Assembly: GCA_965223845.1 (NCBI GenBank)
Contig: CBDCXR010000004.1
Location: 2,176,001 to 2,240,000 of the forward strand
Length of the DNA: 64,000 nucleotides
Direction of reading: 5' to 3'
Source: Planctomycetota bacterium
Lineage (GTDB): Bacteria; Planctomycetota; UBA8108; SXIK01
A model generated the notes under the pieces. That model had not been told where the DNA came from and searched no databases. It worked only from the letters and a program-made list of their open reading frames with translations. A program made the position numbers and the translations under genes. Each line of letters starts with the position of its first letter. Position 1 is the stretch's first letter. This document shows, piece by piece, positions 36,297 to 46,660 of this stretch.

Positions 36297-36514
36297 CGCT
36301 GATTCCTGGGGAAGCTGGTTCGCTGAAGAAGTTCCGTGTAGTGGCGTCTCGTCGCCGCGCCGGTGACGAGAAACGCTGCGGCTGCGACCGTGCTGAAGAG
36401 AAGCTCGCCGACGAGCGCCAAAACGAGGAGAGGAAAGCTGGCCCAAAACCCACACCAGCGAGGAAGCCAGCCCCCGCGTCGCGGCGCGGTCTCCCGGTTG
36501 TTTGGGTTGCTCAT
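36293..36514 (-). CDS. Small membrane protein (73 aa)
   Basis: ATG start, one long hydrophobic segment, translationally coupled to the lipoprotein gene. Confidence 0.5.
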   Translation of the reverse strand: MSNPNNRETAPRRGGWLPRWCGFWASFPLLVLALVGELLFSTVAAAAFLVTGAATRRHYTELLQRTSFPRNQR

Positions 36515-36822
36515 TGCGATTGCCGCTCGGAAGCCGCGCGAGACGGGACACCCATCGATCGCCGGTACAGTTCCTACTTCGGAATTCGACGCCCGACGGG
36601 TCCAGCGCGATCGAGTTCCGATAGCTCTCTAAACCAGCGAACCACTCGATCTCGGGAGTTCGACGAAGCTTCCGAGTGGAGTCTACTGCCCCCCTGGAGG
36701 GTTCTCAAGCAAAGCGCGCGATCCACCCTGGCGTCCGAACGCTCGGGAACTGTCCAAAATGTGGTTCGAACTCGTCGAGCGCATCCGGAGGCGACGATCG
36801 GCGTGATGCCGCGGCGAGGCCG

Positions 36823-37908
36823 TTACGACCGGCTCAAGCTCGAGTAGATCGCCGCGATCCGCTCCGCTGCGCGCGACCACGTGCGCTCACGTGCGCTCGT
36901 CACCCCCGCGCGCCGCTTCGCTTCGATCGATGGGCCGCCGCGCAGCGCCTCGCGCAGGCCGTCCGCGGCCGCCTCGGGGTCGTCCGGCTCGACGAGAAAG
37001 CCGTGCGAGCCGACAGCGTCCACAAGCCCACCCCGGCGACTCGCCACCACCGGCGTACCAAGCGCGAGCGCCTCGAGAACTGCGAGTCCGTAGCCCTCGT
37101 AGTGAGAGAGCTGCATGAGACACTCGGCGCGATCGATCGCCGCCCAGAGAGTTGGTCGCGGAAGATACCCCGTCCGGACGACATCCTCCCCGAGCTCCTT
37201 CGCCGCACGCTCCGCAGCGCTCCCGGCCCAGCCGTAGTTCGGTGCGCCGGCGAGAACGAGCCGGAGCTCGGGTTCGCCGTCCCTGACTCTCCGGTAAGCT
37301 TCGATCACCGCGCCGAGGTTCTTTCGCGCGCAGAGTGCGCCGACTGCGATCACGTACGGCGGCCGAATGCCGAACTCCGCGAGTCGCGTGGCCGCCGCGT
37401 CGAGTTCGCCCGCCGAAGGAGCCTCGACACCCGGCGGGACGACCTCGATCCGTCGCGCGCGAGGGTACCGTTCGCGAATCTCGCTCGCGATCGTCGCCGC
37501 GAGAGTGACGATGACGTCCGCACGTCGCGTGAGAGAGTCGTAGGCCTCCGCCTTTCGCACGCGAAATCGAGCGGGTGCGAGCTCCTCGCGGTCGCTCACT
37601 TCGTTCACGGCGATGAGATCGAAGAGAGTCGCGACGAGCGGACCGCGGTAACCCACCGGCATCCGCGTGTCGAGGAGGTGGACGAGGCCGTAGCGTGAGC
37701 CGAGACGGCGACCGCTCCAGTACGGTCGAGCCGGGACGCCGAGCTCGGTGAGGCGCGAACGCCTCGACCATCGTCCGGCGGGATACACCAGCTCGAGGGG
37801 GATCGAACCGGTCTCGCGCAGTCCGCCGAGCAAGCCGAATCCGTACTGCGCGACTCCGCTCGGATGCTCTCCCATCCAGCCGGAAGCTTCGAGGGCGACG
37901 GGTCTCAT
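36823..37908 (-). CDS. Glycosyltransferase family 4
   Basis: VGALCARKN, SHYEGYGLAVLEALALGTPVVAS. Confidence 0.92.
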   Translation of the reverse strand: MRPVALEASGWMGEHPSGVAQYGFGLLGGLRETGSIPLELVYPAGRWSRRSRLTELGVPARPYWSGRRLGSRYGLVHLLDTRMPVGYRGPLVATLFDLIAVNEVSDREELAPARFRVRKAEAYDSLTRRADVIVTLAATIASEIRERYPRARRIEVVPPGVEAPSAGELDAAATRLAEFGIRPPYVIAVGALCARKNLGAVIEAYRRVRDGEPELRLVLAGAPNYGWAGSAAERAAKELGEDVVRTGYLPRPTLWAAIDRAECLMQLSHYEGYGLAVLEALALGTPVVASRRGGLVDAVGSHGFLVEPDDPEAAADGLREALRGGPSIEAKRRAGVTSARERTWSRAAERIAAIYSSLSRS

Positions 37909-37946
37909 CAGTTCGTCCTCGCCCGATTCACGCGGTCGGACTCGCG

Positions 37947-38975
37947 CTAGGGAACAGTCGGACTCTCACACTCGACGGGTGCGCTCTCGGCCGCCGCGAC
38001 CGCTTCGGCGACACGGCCCTTCCGTCTGAAATAGAAGAATCCCGAGACGACGGTCCAGCCGATGTACACGACGCGCATGAGCACCGCGATCATTCCGCCG
38101 GTCGCGACCCCGACGAGAGAGAACAGCTCGGCGTAGTAGGCTTCCGCCGTCCCGATCGCACCCGGAGGATTGATGGGTACGGCCATCGCGATGTTCGCGA
38201 GCGGCACGAGAAAGAAGAACACGCCGACGGGAACGCCCTCGGTCGCGAGCGCGCGAGACGCGCACAGCACAGCGAGGATCGCCGTCACGTGCAGCGCGAC
38301 CGATAGGAAGACCGCGGCGACGACTGTCCACGGATGTCGCCGGAAGGTCGTCAGCGCTTCGGCGAGGCTGTTGAGACGCGGACGTGATCGAATGAACCGG
38401 TGAAACCAGGCGAACTTCTTCGCACTGCACACTCTCTCCGAGTACAGCACCGCGAGCGCGACGAAACCCGCGACGAAAAGCCCCAGAACGATGAGTGCGA
38501 ACGTCGTCAGCCACGCGTCGGAGCGAACCGTCTCGAGGTGAGTCGCGATCGCGACGAGGCCGACCCCGATGAGGACGAAGAGTCCGAGCGCGCGATCGAA
38601 CACCACCGAGACGAGACCGGCTCCGCCTCGACCCCTCTGCTCGCGCACGACGACGTAGGCCTTCACGACGTCACCGCCGGTCGTCCCGAAGATGAATTGG
38701 CTGAAGAAGAACCCGATCAGAGTGAGCGACAGAGCGTCGTGAAACGGGTAATCGATTCCTTGCGCCCGAAGAAGCAAGCGCCAGCGCGTAGCCGCGAGCG
38801 TGAGTACACCGCCGAACAGCGCGAACGACGCGAGGAGCCACGGCCAACCTTCTCGGACCTTCCGGAGCTGCTCGAAGTCGAGTCGTCCGGAGGAGAGAAG
38901 CCAAGCGATGAGGCCGATCGCGAGCGCCGCTTTCAGGGCGGGTAGGATATACCGTTTCAAACCAGGGGATCTCAC
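37947..38975 (-). CDS. Lysylphosphatidylglycerol-synthase TM / flippase-like protein (UPF0104)
   Basis: RWRLLL, IGFFFS...GTTGGDVVK, DRALG, VPINPPGAIGTAE, multiple TMs. Confidence 0.88.
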   Translation of the reverse strand: MRSPGLKRYILPALKAALAIGLIAWLLSSGRLDFEQLRKVREGWPWLLASFALFGGVLTLAATRWRLLLRAQGIDYPFHDALSLTLIGFFFSQFIFGTTGGDVVKAYVVVREQRGRGGAGLVSVVFDRALGLFVLIGVGLVAIATHLETVRSDAWLTTFALIVLGLFVAGFVALAVLYSERVCSAKKFAWFHRFIRSRPRLNSLAEALTTFRRHPWTVVAAVFLSVALHVTAILAVLCASRALATEGVPVGVFFFLVPLANIAMAVPINPPGAIGTAEAYYAELFSLVGVATGGMIAVLMRVVYIGWTVVSGFFYFRRKGRVAEAVAAAESAPVECESPTVP

Positions 38976-39102
38976 TCGCGGATCGAGTCGTTCGGGGTAC
39001 TCGGGTGGGCGATGTCAGGACCGTCGCGTCTTCGGAGGGTATCGGCCGCGGGCGAGTCCGCGCTGGTGAGGTTTCCCGCTAGCGCCGGTCCGAGAAACTC
39101 GC

Positions 39103-39867
39103 TCAGGGAGCCCCCGGATTCGTCGGCGCGCCGAACTTCGTCTCGTAGAGCTGCTTCCAAGCTTCCGTCTGCTCGAACGGGATCTTCTCTCCACTCAGCT
39201 GGACGAGCCCGTCGTAGAGCGTGAGGCGAATCGACTGGTACCGACCCGTCGCATCGACATCGAGAAAGAGCTCGAGGAGGACGCGGAGCGCCTCCGGTCC
39301 CCCCACCGCGGCGAGGGCTCGCACGATCTCGAGTCGCACCTCGACGCGCTCTTCCCGACGCAATTGACGGGCGAGCGGAGCGGACGCACTCGCCGCCGGG
39401 CGGCGCAGCCACCCCTTCGCCGCTTCGAGCCGCACCAGCCACGAGGAATCGCTCAGCGAATCGGCGAGCAAGTCTTCGATCTTCGGCTGCTCGAGCCGCG
39501 AGAGCGCCGCCACCGCCTGCGCGCGCTGGATCGGATCACCCTCACTCCGCGCCACCTCCTCGAGGTATTCGACGGCCTTGAGCGCGCCTTCGTCGTAGGG
39601 AATCCGCTCCGCCTCGCGGGCGCGCAGCATCTCGCCGAGCGCCGTCGTCGCGGCGCGGACGTCCTGCGGGTCGCCGCGGCGCGCGGCCTCGAGCTGATCG
39701 ACGAGCGTCGACGAGCACGCTACGGTGGCGCCGACCGCGACCCCGAGCGCGGCTAGCGCAGCGAACCGGCGAGATCCGCCGGAGCGACGCCTCGCTCGCT
39801 CATCGCCATGCAAGTCGACCATCGCGGGTTCCTGATTCTGGTACGTACGCGTTCTCGTTCTCTTCAT
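39103..39867 (-). CDS. HEAT-repeat lipoprotein
   Basis: Lipobox TVAC; HEAT-like units (LSDSSWLVRLEAA, EVRLEIVRAL); start 39867 or 39822. Confidence 0.75.
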   Translation of the reverse strand: MKRTRTRTYQNQEPAMVDLHGDERARRRSGGSRRFAALAALGVAVGATVACSSTLVDQLEAARRGDPQDVRAATTALGEMLRAREAERIPYDEGALKAVEYLEEVARSEGDPIQRAQAVAALSRLEQPKIEDLLADSLSDSSWLVRLEAAKGWLRRPAASASAPLARQLRREERVEVRLEIVRALAAVGGPEALRVLLELFLDVDATGRYQSIRLTLYDGLVQLSGEKIPFEQTEAWKQLYETKFGAPTNPGAP

Positions 39868-39986
39868 TCCGACTCTCAGGTAGTCCGGGAAACGACCGTT
39901 TCTACCACAACCGTCGCGATCGGCTTTCGCCAATTTCGCGCCGGGAGAGACCAGGTCGAAGCCAACGCGACGGGAGCCGGGGTGAG

Positions 39987-40742
39987 TCAGCCGCCGGGGC
40001 GAGGCGCGACGACGAACGCCGCGAATCCCGCCGCCAGACAGAGAGCGAGAATCAGCGCCGGAACGATCTCCGCGAAAACTGCCGAACGGAGTGAGATCGA
40101 ATGCGCGGCGCAGAGGGCGGATGTCTCGAAGACCGTGCCTGCGAGCAGAAAGAGAAAATCTCCGGCGAACGGGATCCCGATCACGGGAAACGCGGCCGCC
40201 TGCGCGTACGCGACGACCCGGTACGTCGCCTCGAAGCTCGAGCGAGCGTTCATCGAAAAGACGAGCGACAGGTGAACGAGCTGCGCGCGGACGTAGACAT
40301 ACACGAGCGGCATCGCCACGAAGACGACGATGGGCCACCAAGTGCGGCCGTGCCCCCACCGAACGAGCGCGGTGTCCTCTCGAAGCGCCGTCGCGAGGAG
40401 AATGGATGGCGACGCGACGACGACGAGGAACAGGGAGGGAAGAAGAACACCGCCTTCCCGGCGAAACTCGCTGAACGCCGCGTTCGGAGCTCGCCAGGTG
40501 TCCGCGAGAGTCCGCGCAGCGGCCGCGATGAGGGTGAGAGAACCCCGGCGCGGACGCGAGTCCTCAGCGCCAGCCGCGGGACGAAGCGCGTCCGCGAGCG
40601 CGCGTTCGAACGCGGGCCGCGACCAATCGCGGGGCGCCTCCGCAAGCCGTGCCCCGCACGAGGCGCAGGAGCCGGCGATCTCGGCAAGCTCGGCGCCGCA
40701 GAGCGGGCAGGCCCGGGCTCGGTCGTCGTGCCGCTCGCTCAA
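39987..40742 (-). CDS. Zinc-ribbon + Yip1-like membrane protein
   Basis: CPLCG..CASCG, P.AAFS, FEATYRVVAY, 4-5 TMs. Confidence 0.75.
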   Translation of the reverse strand: MSERHDDRARACPLCGAELAEIAGSCASCGARLAEAPRDWSRPAFERALADALRPAAGAEDSRPRRGSLTLIAAAARTLADTWRAPNAAFSEFRREGGVLLPSLFLVVVASPSILLATALREDTALVRWGHGRTWWPIVVFVAMPLVYVYVRAQLVHLSLVFSMNARSSFEATYRVVAYAQAAAFPVIGIPFAGDFLFLLAGTVFETSALCAAHSISLRSAVFAEIVPALILALCLAAGFAAFVVAPRPGG

Positions 40743-40928
40743 GTCACCTCCTCCCGACCCGCGGGCACTGCCGCAGGGCTGATAAAGATCCGCCGCGAAT
40801 CGGCCGATAGTACGAAAGGACCGAGAAAGAAGCCACTCGCCCGGGCTTCACGCGAAACTCGAGGGGCCCGTGCCAGCCGAGTCGACCGCGATGAGATCCC
40901 GGGCCGTCCGGAAGAGGCCCCGACCGAC

Positions 40929-42155
40929 ATGAGTGTCCTGAGAATCCTCCCGCCCCCATTCGTTTCGATCGCGTTCCTGCTCGCCGCCGGCCCGGCGCTC
41001 GCCGCGCCCGACGAAGTCCGCGCGATCTGGATCACTCGCTGGGACTTCCGGTCCGAAGCGGACGTCCGGCGCTCGATCCGAACGGCACACGAGCTCGGAC
41101 TCAATCGCGTCTTCTTCCAGGTTCGCGGCCGCGCCGATGCCTATTACCGCTCGCCCTACGAGCCGTGGGGCGAAGAGATCGGCGGTCGCGACCCGGGATT
41201 CGACCCCCTCGCGGTGGCGGTCGACGAAGCGTCCCGCCGCCGGATCGCTCTCGAGGCGTGGGTGAACGTTCTCCCCGCGTGGAAAGGGTCCTCACCCCCT
41301 CGAAGTCGAAGCCACATCTTCCACACCCGACCGGAGTGGTTCCTCGTCAATCGCGCAGGAAAACGCCTGCGGCTCGACAAGAACCGCTACACCATCCTCA
41401 ATCCCTGTCTCCCCGAGGTCCGTTCGTATCTCGCGACCGTGATCAGCGATATCGCGAAGCGCTACCGGGTCGACGGCATCCATCTCGATTACATTCGCTT
41501 CGTCGCCCCGAACGGCGGCAGGGCTCTCGATTTCCCATTCGATTCGCGCACCCTCGGCCTCTTTCGCGCTCAAACCGGAGCGACCCCCGCGTCGTCACCC
41601 GCCGAATGGAACGACTGGCGTCGAAGAAACGTCAACACGGTTCTCTACCGAGTCGCCGCTGCCTGCCGTGCCGCGCGACCGGGAGTTCGCATTTCCGTCG
41701 CTTCGATCGCGAACTACCACCGCGCGAGAACGACGCTCTTTCAAGACGTAGCCACCTGGCAGCGGCGCGGCTGGGTAGATGACGTCTATCCGATGAACTA
41801 CCACCGCCGGACAGCGGACTTCGAACGCTACGGGCGAAACGCGATCGCGGCGGGGCCGCCGGGGACGGTGCACCTCGGAATCGGGGTATATCTCCTCGAC
41901 GATCCCGCTCAGATGCGAGCTCAGATCGAAGCAGCCCGGCGCCTCGGCTCGAACGGCTACGCGCTGTTCGCGCTCGCGAACTTCGCCGCCACTCGCTCGC
42001 ACGAGTCTCGGGCGGGCGCGGCAGCGGAGCGAAAACGTGCGGCGTTTCGGCGCGAGCTCCTGTCGACGCACAGGTCTCGCGTCGCCACGACGCGAGTTCA
42101 GCCCCCTGCGTCGCGACCCGAGTACCGAAACGTCCGTCCGCAGAACGGGAAGTAG
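40929..42155 (+). CDS. Glycoside hydrolase-like family 10 (YddW/DigH-like) exported protein
   Basis: Signal peptide, EVRAIWITR, FFQVRG, FDPLA, LNP.LPEVR, DGIHLDY, QD..W...G.VD.V.PM.Y. Confidence 0.88.
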   Translation: MSVLRILPPPFVSIAFLLAAGPALAAPDEVRAIWITRWDFRSEADVRRSIRTAHELGLNRVFFQVRGRADAYYRSPYEPWGEEIGGRDPGFDPLAVAVDEASRRRIALEAWVNVLPAWKGSSPPRSRSHIFHTRPEWFLVNRAGKRLRLDKNRYTILNPCLPEVRSYLATVISDIAKRYRVDGIHLDYIRFVAPNGGRALDFPFDSRTLGLFRAQTGATPASSPAEWNDWRRRNVNTVLYRVAAACRAARPGVRISVASIANYHRARTTLFQDVATWQRRGWVDDVYPMNYHRRTADFERYGRNAIAAGPPGTVHLGIGVYLLDDPAQMRAQIEAARRLGSNGYALFALANFAATRSHESRAGAAAERKRAAFRRELLSTHRSRVATTRVQPPASRPEYRNVRPQNGK

Positions 42156-42293
42156 CGTCAGGATCGCCGCCCGAATCTGGCACTAGGACGACGGACGAGT
42201 CGCGGGCGGCCCCCTCGCGAAGCGAACCATCGAAGCCGCGAGCCCGGGCCGCGGCGATCGCGTGATCGGAAACCCGGTGATTCCGCCCGGCGG

Positions 42294-43190
42294 CTAGACG
42301 TCGAAGCACTCCGCTTTGACGCGAGCCTCGTAGAGCTCTTGCACGCGGCGCGTCACGGGTCCCTTGCGTCCGTCTCCGAGCGGCCTCCCGTCGACCGCCG
42401 TCACGGGCACGACACCGCGCACCGAGCTCGTGATGAACGCCTCGTCCGCGGTGCGCAGCGCGTCGGGGAGCAAGTTCCGTTCGGCGGTTCCGATTCCCGC
42501 CCCGGCGGCCTCCTCGAGAACGACGGCACGTGTGATGCCGTCGAGGATGCCGTGGCTGAGCGGTGTTTCGATGACTCCGTCGTGCACGAGAAAGAGATTC
42601 GATGTCGTCCCTTCGGCGAGATACCCTTCGGCGCTCTGAAGGATCGCCTCGTCGGCGCTTCCGTCCTTCGCCTCCTTGTAGGCGAGGATATTGTTGAGAA
42701 AGTTCCCGCTCTTGATGCTGGGGTCGAGTGCGTTCGGGCTGTTCGAGCGACGCTCCGAGATCACGATCCCGATGCCGCCTTCGACGGAGCTCTCCGACGA
42801 ATCTGGAACGCGACCCGTGAGCTCGAAGACGTAGATCAGATAGCTCGGCGAGCGGCATTGAGCAACGTCGAGTCCGAGCGGGCCGACGCCGCGTGACACG
42901 ACGAGGCGCGCACCCACATCGCCGTCGATCGGGACCTCTGCGATCGTTCGAAGAACTTCTCCCTCGAAATCGGCCCGTGCGGCCGGGAGCGAGAGAAAGA
43001 TCCGCTCGAGTGAGCGCTCGAGTCGATCGAGATGGCGTCCGAGCAGGAATGGGCGCCGGTGGTAGGTCCGCACCGTCTCGTAGACCGAGTCGCCGTAGAG
43101 AAACCCGTGGTCGAGCGCGGACACACGGGCTTCGTCGCCGGGCGATAGAGTCCCGTTGACGTTTACGAAGAGACTCGTATTTCGGCTCAA
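42294..43190 (-). CDS. PLP-dependent aminotransferase class IV (IlvE/Dat/PabC family)
   Basis: DHGFLYGDSVYET, HLDRL..S, IKSGN, EGTTSNLF, ILDGITR, ADEAFITSS. Confidence 0.92.
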   Translation of the reverse strand: MSRNTSLFVNVNGTLSPGDEARVSALDHGFLYGDSVYETVRTYHRRPFLLGRHLDRLERSLERIFLSLPAARADFEGEVLRTIAEVPIDGDVGARLVVSRGVGPLGLDVAQCRSPSYLIYVFELTGRVPDSSESSVEGGIGIVISERRSNSPNALDPSIKSGNFLNNILAYKEAKDGSADEAILQSAEGYLAEGTTSNLFLVHDGVIETPLSHGILDGITRAVVLEEAAGAGIGTAERNLLPDALRTADEAFITSSVRGVVPVTAVDGRPLGDGRKGPVTRRVQELYEARVKAECFDV

Positions 43191-43260
43191 ACGTGGAGCT
43201 CCACTAGCAGATCGATGCGGTTCTGTCGGCGCCGAACATGCCAGATGCTCCGCTGCGCAA

Positions 43261-44304
43261 TCAAGGTCGTACCGCCACCGGTGCGCTGTCGTCGAGGGTG
43301 CGCACCGGCGGAGGAATCCACAGCACCTCGCGCGCTTCCCCCTCCGACAAGAAGCGCACGTCGTCGATCCATTCCGTGAGCACGACTTCCGTCACGGGGA
43401 GCGCTTCGTCCTCGAGGAACGGGTCCCTCTCGCCCGCTTTGCGCACCGGGCGAATCGCGCGGCGGCGATGGGTGCGCACGCCGGCGATGCGGTTCAGCGA
43501 GCGAACCTCGCCCGGCGGATCGAGCTCGACGACGTGACTCCGTCCGTCGAGGAAGGCGTGGACACCGCGGTAGTAGACGCGGAAGAGATGGCCGGTCGAC
43601 GGGTGGGGCTCGAGAAGATACGGTCCCGAGGGAAGCCCAGGCATGCGGGGGTAGACCTCGACGCGAGGATCGACCGCTCTCGGATGCGGCGCCATGAGCG
43701 TGCGATACTCCCACCGGCCATCGAGGGTGACGAGCTCCGGCGCGAGGAGAACACGAAGGCTCCGGAGAGCGAAATCCTCCCACGGGGCGCGATACGAGCG
43801 CACGAGACGAGCACCGGACCTCGGCGCGGCCGCTCCGAGTCCACCTTCCGACGGCGCCCCACGAGACTCCGGCTGCGCGTAGGCATGGAGGGCGGCGTCC
43901 GCCAACGGTACGAGCAGTCGCGGTGCGCCGGGTTCGAGCTGCAGCCACAGATAGGAAAAATCGTCGCGGCGAAATGCGATGCTATGGATGCGGAGCTGCC
44001 CCTTCTTCGACGCAGCTCGGTACCGAAACTCGACCGCCGCAGAGTCTTCCCAGCGGCCGGAGTCGCCGTGGCGACGCCGCAGTCCATCGACGACTTCTCC
44101 CGCCGGAGTCTCTGCGAACGGCGTCGCGACGAGGGGGCCGCGCGCGGCCGTCGAGCACGAGAGCGAAAGCGAGAGCGCTCCGAGCGACCCGACGATGATC
44201 AGGCCGGTGATCGCCGACCGACCGGCGAAGCACGGGGCCCGGTCCCCTCGATGCGCGATGCGACCGTCCTTCGGTCGAAAGAGTGAGACGATGGTCGCTT
44301 GCAC
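43261..44304 (-). CDS. Hypothetical lipoprotein
   Basis: Hydrophobic stretch ending LSLSC; fills the gap in operon orientation; start uncertain (GTG 44304 after GGAGG). Confidence 0.6.
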   Translation of the reverse strand: MQATIVSLFRPKDGRIAHRGDRAPCFAGRSAITGLIIVGSLGALSLSLSCSTAARGPLVATPFAETPAGEVVDGLRRRHGDSGRWEDSAAVEFRYRAASKKGQLRIHSIAFRRDDFSYLWLQLEPGAPRLLVPLADAALHAYAQPESRGAPSEGGLGAAAPRSGARLVRSYRAPWEDFALRSLRVLLAPELVTLDGRWEYRTLMAPHPRAVDPRVEVYPRMPGLPSGPYLLEPHPSTGHLFRVYYRGVHAFLDGRSHVVELDPPGEVRSLNRIAGVRTHRRRAIRPVRKAGERDPFLEDEALPVTEVVLTEWIDDVRFLSEGEAREVLWIPPPVRTLDDSAPVAVRP

Positions 44305-44583
44305 CTTGGCCCGCGCCTCCCCGGAGTACGGTGATTTAGGATCTGAGCGGAGCGAGAGGTCGCCATCCCGGCGGCGTGCCTCTCCCGGTGAGACTCTTAT
44401 CGGATCGACGTTCGCCGCCCGTTCAGCGAAATCACCGCGGCGAGGCTCGCATTCCCCGGGAATCGTGGTAGATGAGCAGGAAGACGGGGCACCCACGACT
44501 CCGACCCCCGACGACGACGCGATTCGGACGAAACGCCTTTGTGCGATTCCGCGAGCCGCGGCCCCTCCCTTCACTCCCTGCTG

Positions 44584-45162
44584 ATGCGCATCACCCGATT
44601 TCGCCTTCTGCGCCCGAGCGAGCCTTCCACCCGGGCCGCGCGGAGATCCCTTCCCCGACGCCGATGGCGACCGAACGGGGGAGAGACTCTCGCCTCGCTC
44701 CTCGACGCTGCGATGATCGCCCTCGCGCTCGCGCTAGTTTCGTGCCGTTCGACGAGTGATCCGGCGACCGGAGTCTTGAGCGTCGATCTCAACCACGCCG
44801 ACCCGAAAGTCCGCATCGCAGCGGCTCAGCGCGCGGTCGCGGAGTCCCGCGACGACCTGCTTCCGCTTCTCGTCGCCAACCTCGCCGATCGCGACGGTGC
44901 CGTGCGTTTCTTCACCCAGATTGCACTCCGAAAGCTGACGAGCGAGGACTTCGGGTATTCCTCGAGCGCACTCCCCGAGGATCGCGCGCGAGCGATTGCG
45001 CGCTGGCGACGGTGGCTCGACCGACGAGCGGAGCTCGCCGAAAGAGCCGCGGAGCGTTCCGAAAACATCGCACCAGCGCCCGCCGCGGACCCCGGCGACG
45101 ACGGCGAATCTTCGAACGCCATGCAGCGATCGGACCTGCGTTCGACATCGACCGCGAATTAA
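44584..45162 (+). CDS. HEAT-repeat lipoprotein
   Basis: ALALALVSC lipobox; DPKVRIAAA, LADRDGAVRF..ALRKLT.EDFGY..R.RAIARW..W; start 44584 or 44713. Confidence 0.75.
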   Translation: MRITRFRLLRPSEPSTRAARRSLPRRRWRPNGGETLASLLDAAMIALALALVSCRSTSDPATGVLSVDLNHADPKVRIAAAQRAVAESRDDLLPLLVANLADRDGAVRFFTQIALRKLTSEDFGYSSSALPEDRARAIARWRRWLDRRAELAERAAERSENIAPAPAADPGDDGESSNAMQRSDLRSTSTAN

Positions 45163-45425
45163 CCCCGAGAGTCGTGGCGCGCGTCTCTGGGGCTGATTTC
45201 TCGTTCTTCCGTTGCGGACCTCGCGAGCTGGGTGTGAATCTCCCTTGGCACGAGCCCGAAACGCACGCCGCGAGGGCGCGTTGGCGGGTGGAGCACTCGG
45301 GTTGCGGATCGCATCGCTATCCCGTATGAATGACGGGCTCTCCCGACGCCACCGCGACTCGGCGTAACGCGAGAAGCGATGGCACTGCGATCGGCGGGCA
45401 ACAACATTCGGCCGCGAGGGACGAC

Positions 45426-46577
45426 ATGGCGCAGCGACGAAAAACGCTCGTGGTCGGTGGCGCGACAACGATCGGACTCGCTCTACTCCTCGTCGCGCTC
45501 TACGCCTCCGGCGCGCTCAGCGCGCTGCTCGAAGCCCGCGCTAAGGTTCAGATCGAGTTCGCCGACGTCCAAGGACTCGAGGAGGGCGATCCGGTCTTCC
45601 TCTTCGGTCTCGAGGTCGGAGAGGTCGCGAGCGTCACGCTCCTCCCGCGCGAAGCGGACGAAGCGGCTCGCCTTCGTGTCGAGGCGGCCTTGCCGGAACG
45701 CATCTGGTCGTACCTCCGCACCGACACGGACGCTGTGATCGAACGAACGACCGCGGATTCCGTGCGCCTCCTCCTCCGCGAGGGAGTTGGACCGGAGCTG
45801 CCGCGAGCCGGCGTCATCCGCGGACGTTCGCGCGCGGACTTCGCCGCCGTCGCCGAGCGGATGGAGAAAGTTCTGAGCGAAGCCGAACCGGTAGCGACGG
45901 CGATCGCGAACGTCGTCACCGAGATCGAGACGACCGCGGATCTCGGCCTTGCGTTCGCGCGTCTCGCGGCGTTTCCCGAGGAGCTCCGGCGCGACCTCGA
46001 GCCGGTCAAGACACAGGTCGAAGAGCTCATCCGGCTCCTTCGCGACACCCTCGAAGAGAATCGACTCGATCTCCGGCACGCGGTCGCCGACCTCAAGGAA
46101 ACAACGTCCCGCGCGCGCTCGATCACCGACAAGCTGCTCCTCACTCCGGAGAAGATCGTCCAGACGCTCGACGATCTGAAGAAGGTCGCGGGGCAGACGG
46201 CCGGACTCATTCGCGACAACCGTCCGCGCGTCAAGACGATCGTCGAGGACCTGCGCGAGACGGCGAGCAACGCGACCCAGCTCACCGCCGAAGTCCGCCG
46301 TCGGCCTTGGCTGCTCCTCTACCGCCCCTCGGCCGAAGAGCTCAAGGCGACGGAACTCTACGACGCGGCCTGGGCGTACAACCTAGGTGCGTCGGAGCTC
46401 CACCGAAGCCTCGAAGATCTCACCATCCAGCTCGACCGCGCGGCGCCCGAAGGCCCTGAGCTCAGTGAGGACGTTCAGAAGGAGCTCGAACTCGCGTACG
46501 AACGGGTGCGTCGGAGCCTCGATCGCCAACGGGAGGCGGAAGAAGAGTTTTGGCGCCGCCTTCACGCCGAACCGTAG
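45426..46577 (+). CDS. MCE/MlaD-domain protein with long helical C-terminus
   Basis: N-terminal TM, FADVQGL..GDPV..GLEVGEV, long helical region, RRRPWLLL. Confidence 0.88.
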   Translation: MAQRRKTLVVGGATTIGLALLLVALYASGALSALLEARAKVQIEFADVQGLEEGDPVFLFGLEVGEVASVTLLPREADEAARLRVEAALPERIWSYLRTDTDAVIERTTADSVRLLLREGVGPELPRAGVIRGRSRADFAAVAERMEKVLSEAEPVATAIANVVTEIETTADLGLAFARLAAFPEELRRDLEPVKTQVEELIRLLRDTLEENRLDLRHAVADLKETTSRARSITDKLLLTPEKIVQTLDDLKKVAGQTAGLIRDNRPRVKTIVEDLRETASNATQLTAEVRRRPWLLLYRPSAEELKATELYDAAWAYNLGASELHRSLEDLTIQLDRAAPEGPELSEDVQKELELAYERVRRSLDRQREAEEEFWRRLHAEP

Positions 46578-46660
46578 TTCGCATCGCTGGGTCGGTGAAT
46601 TCGCGAATGCGAGCAGCGTCGAGCCCGACATGCGCCAAAGCGCCGATCCCGATCGAGAAC

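Noticed and set aside
45246-45262. TGGCAC-containing sites (also 42178, 60619) as sigma54 promoters
   Set aside because: No GC ten bases after the GG.
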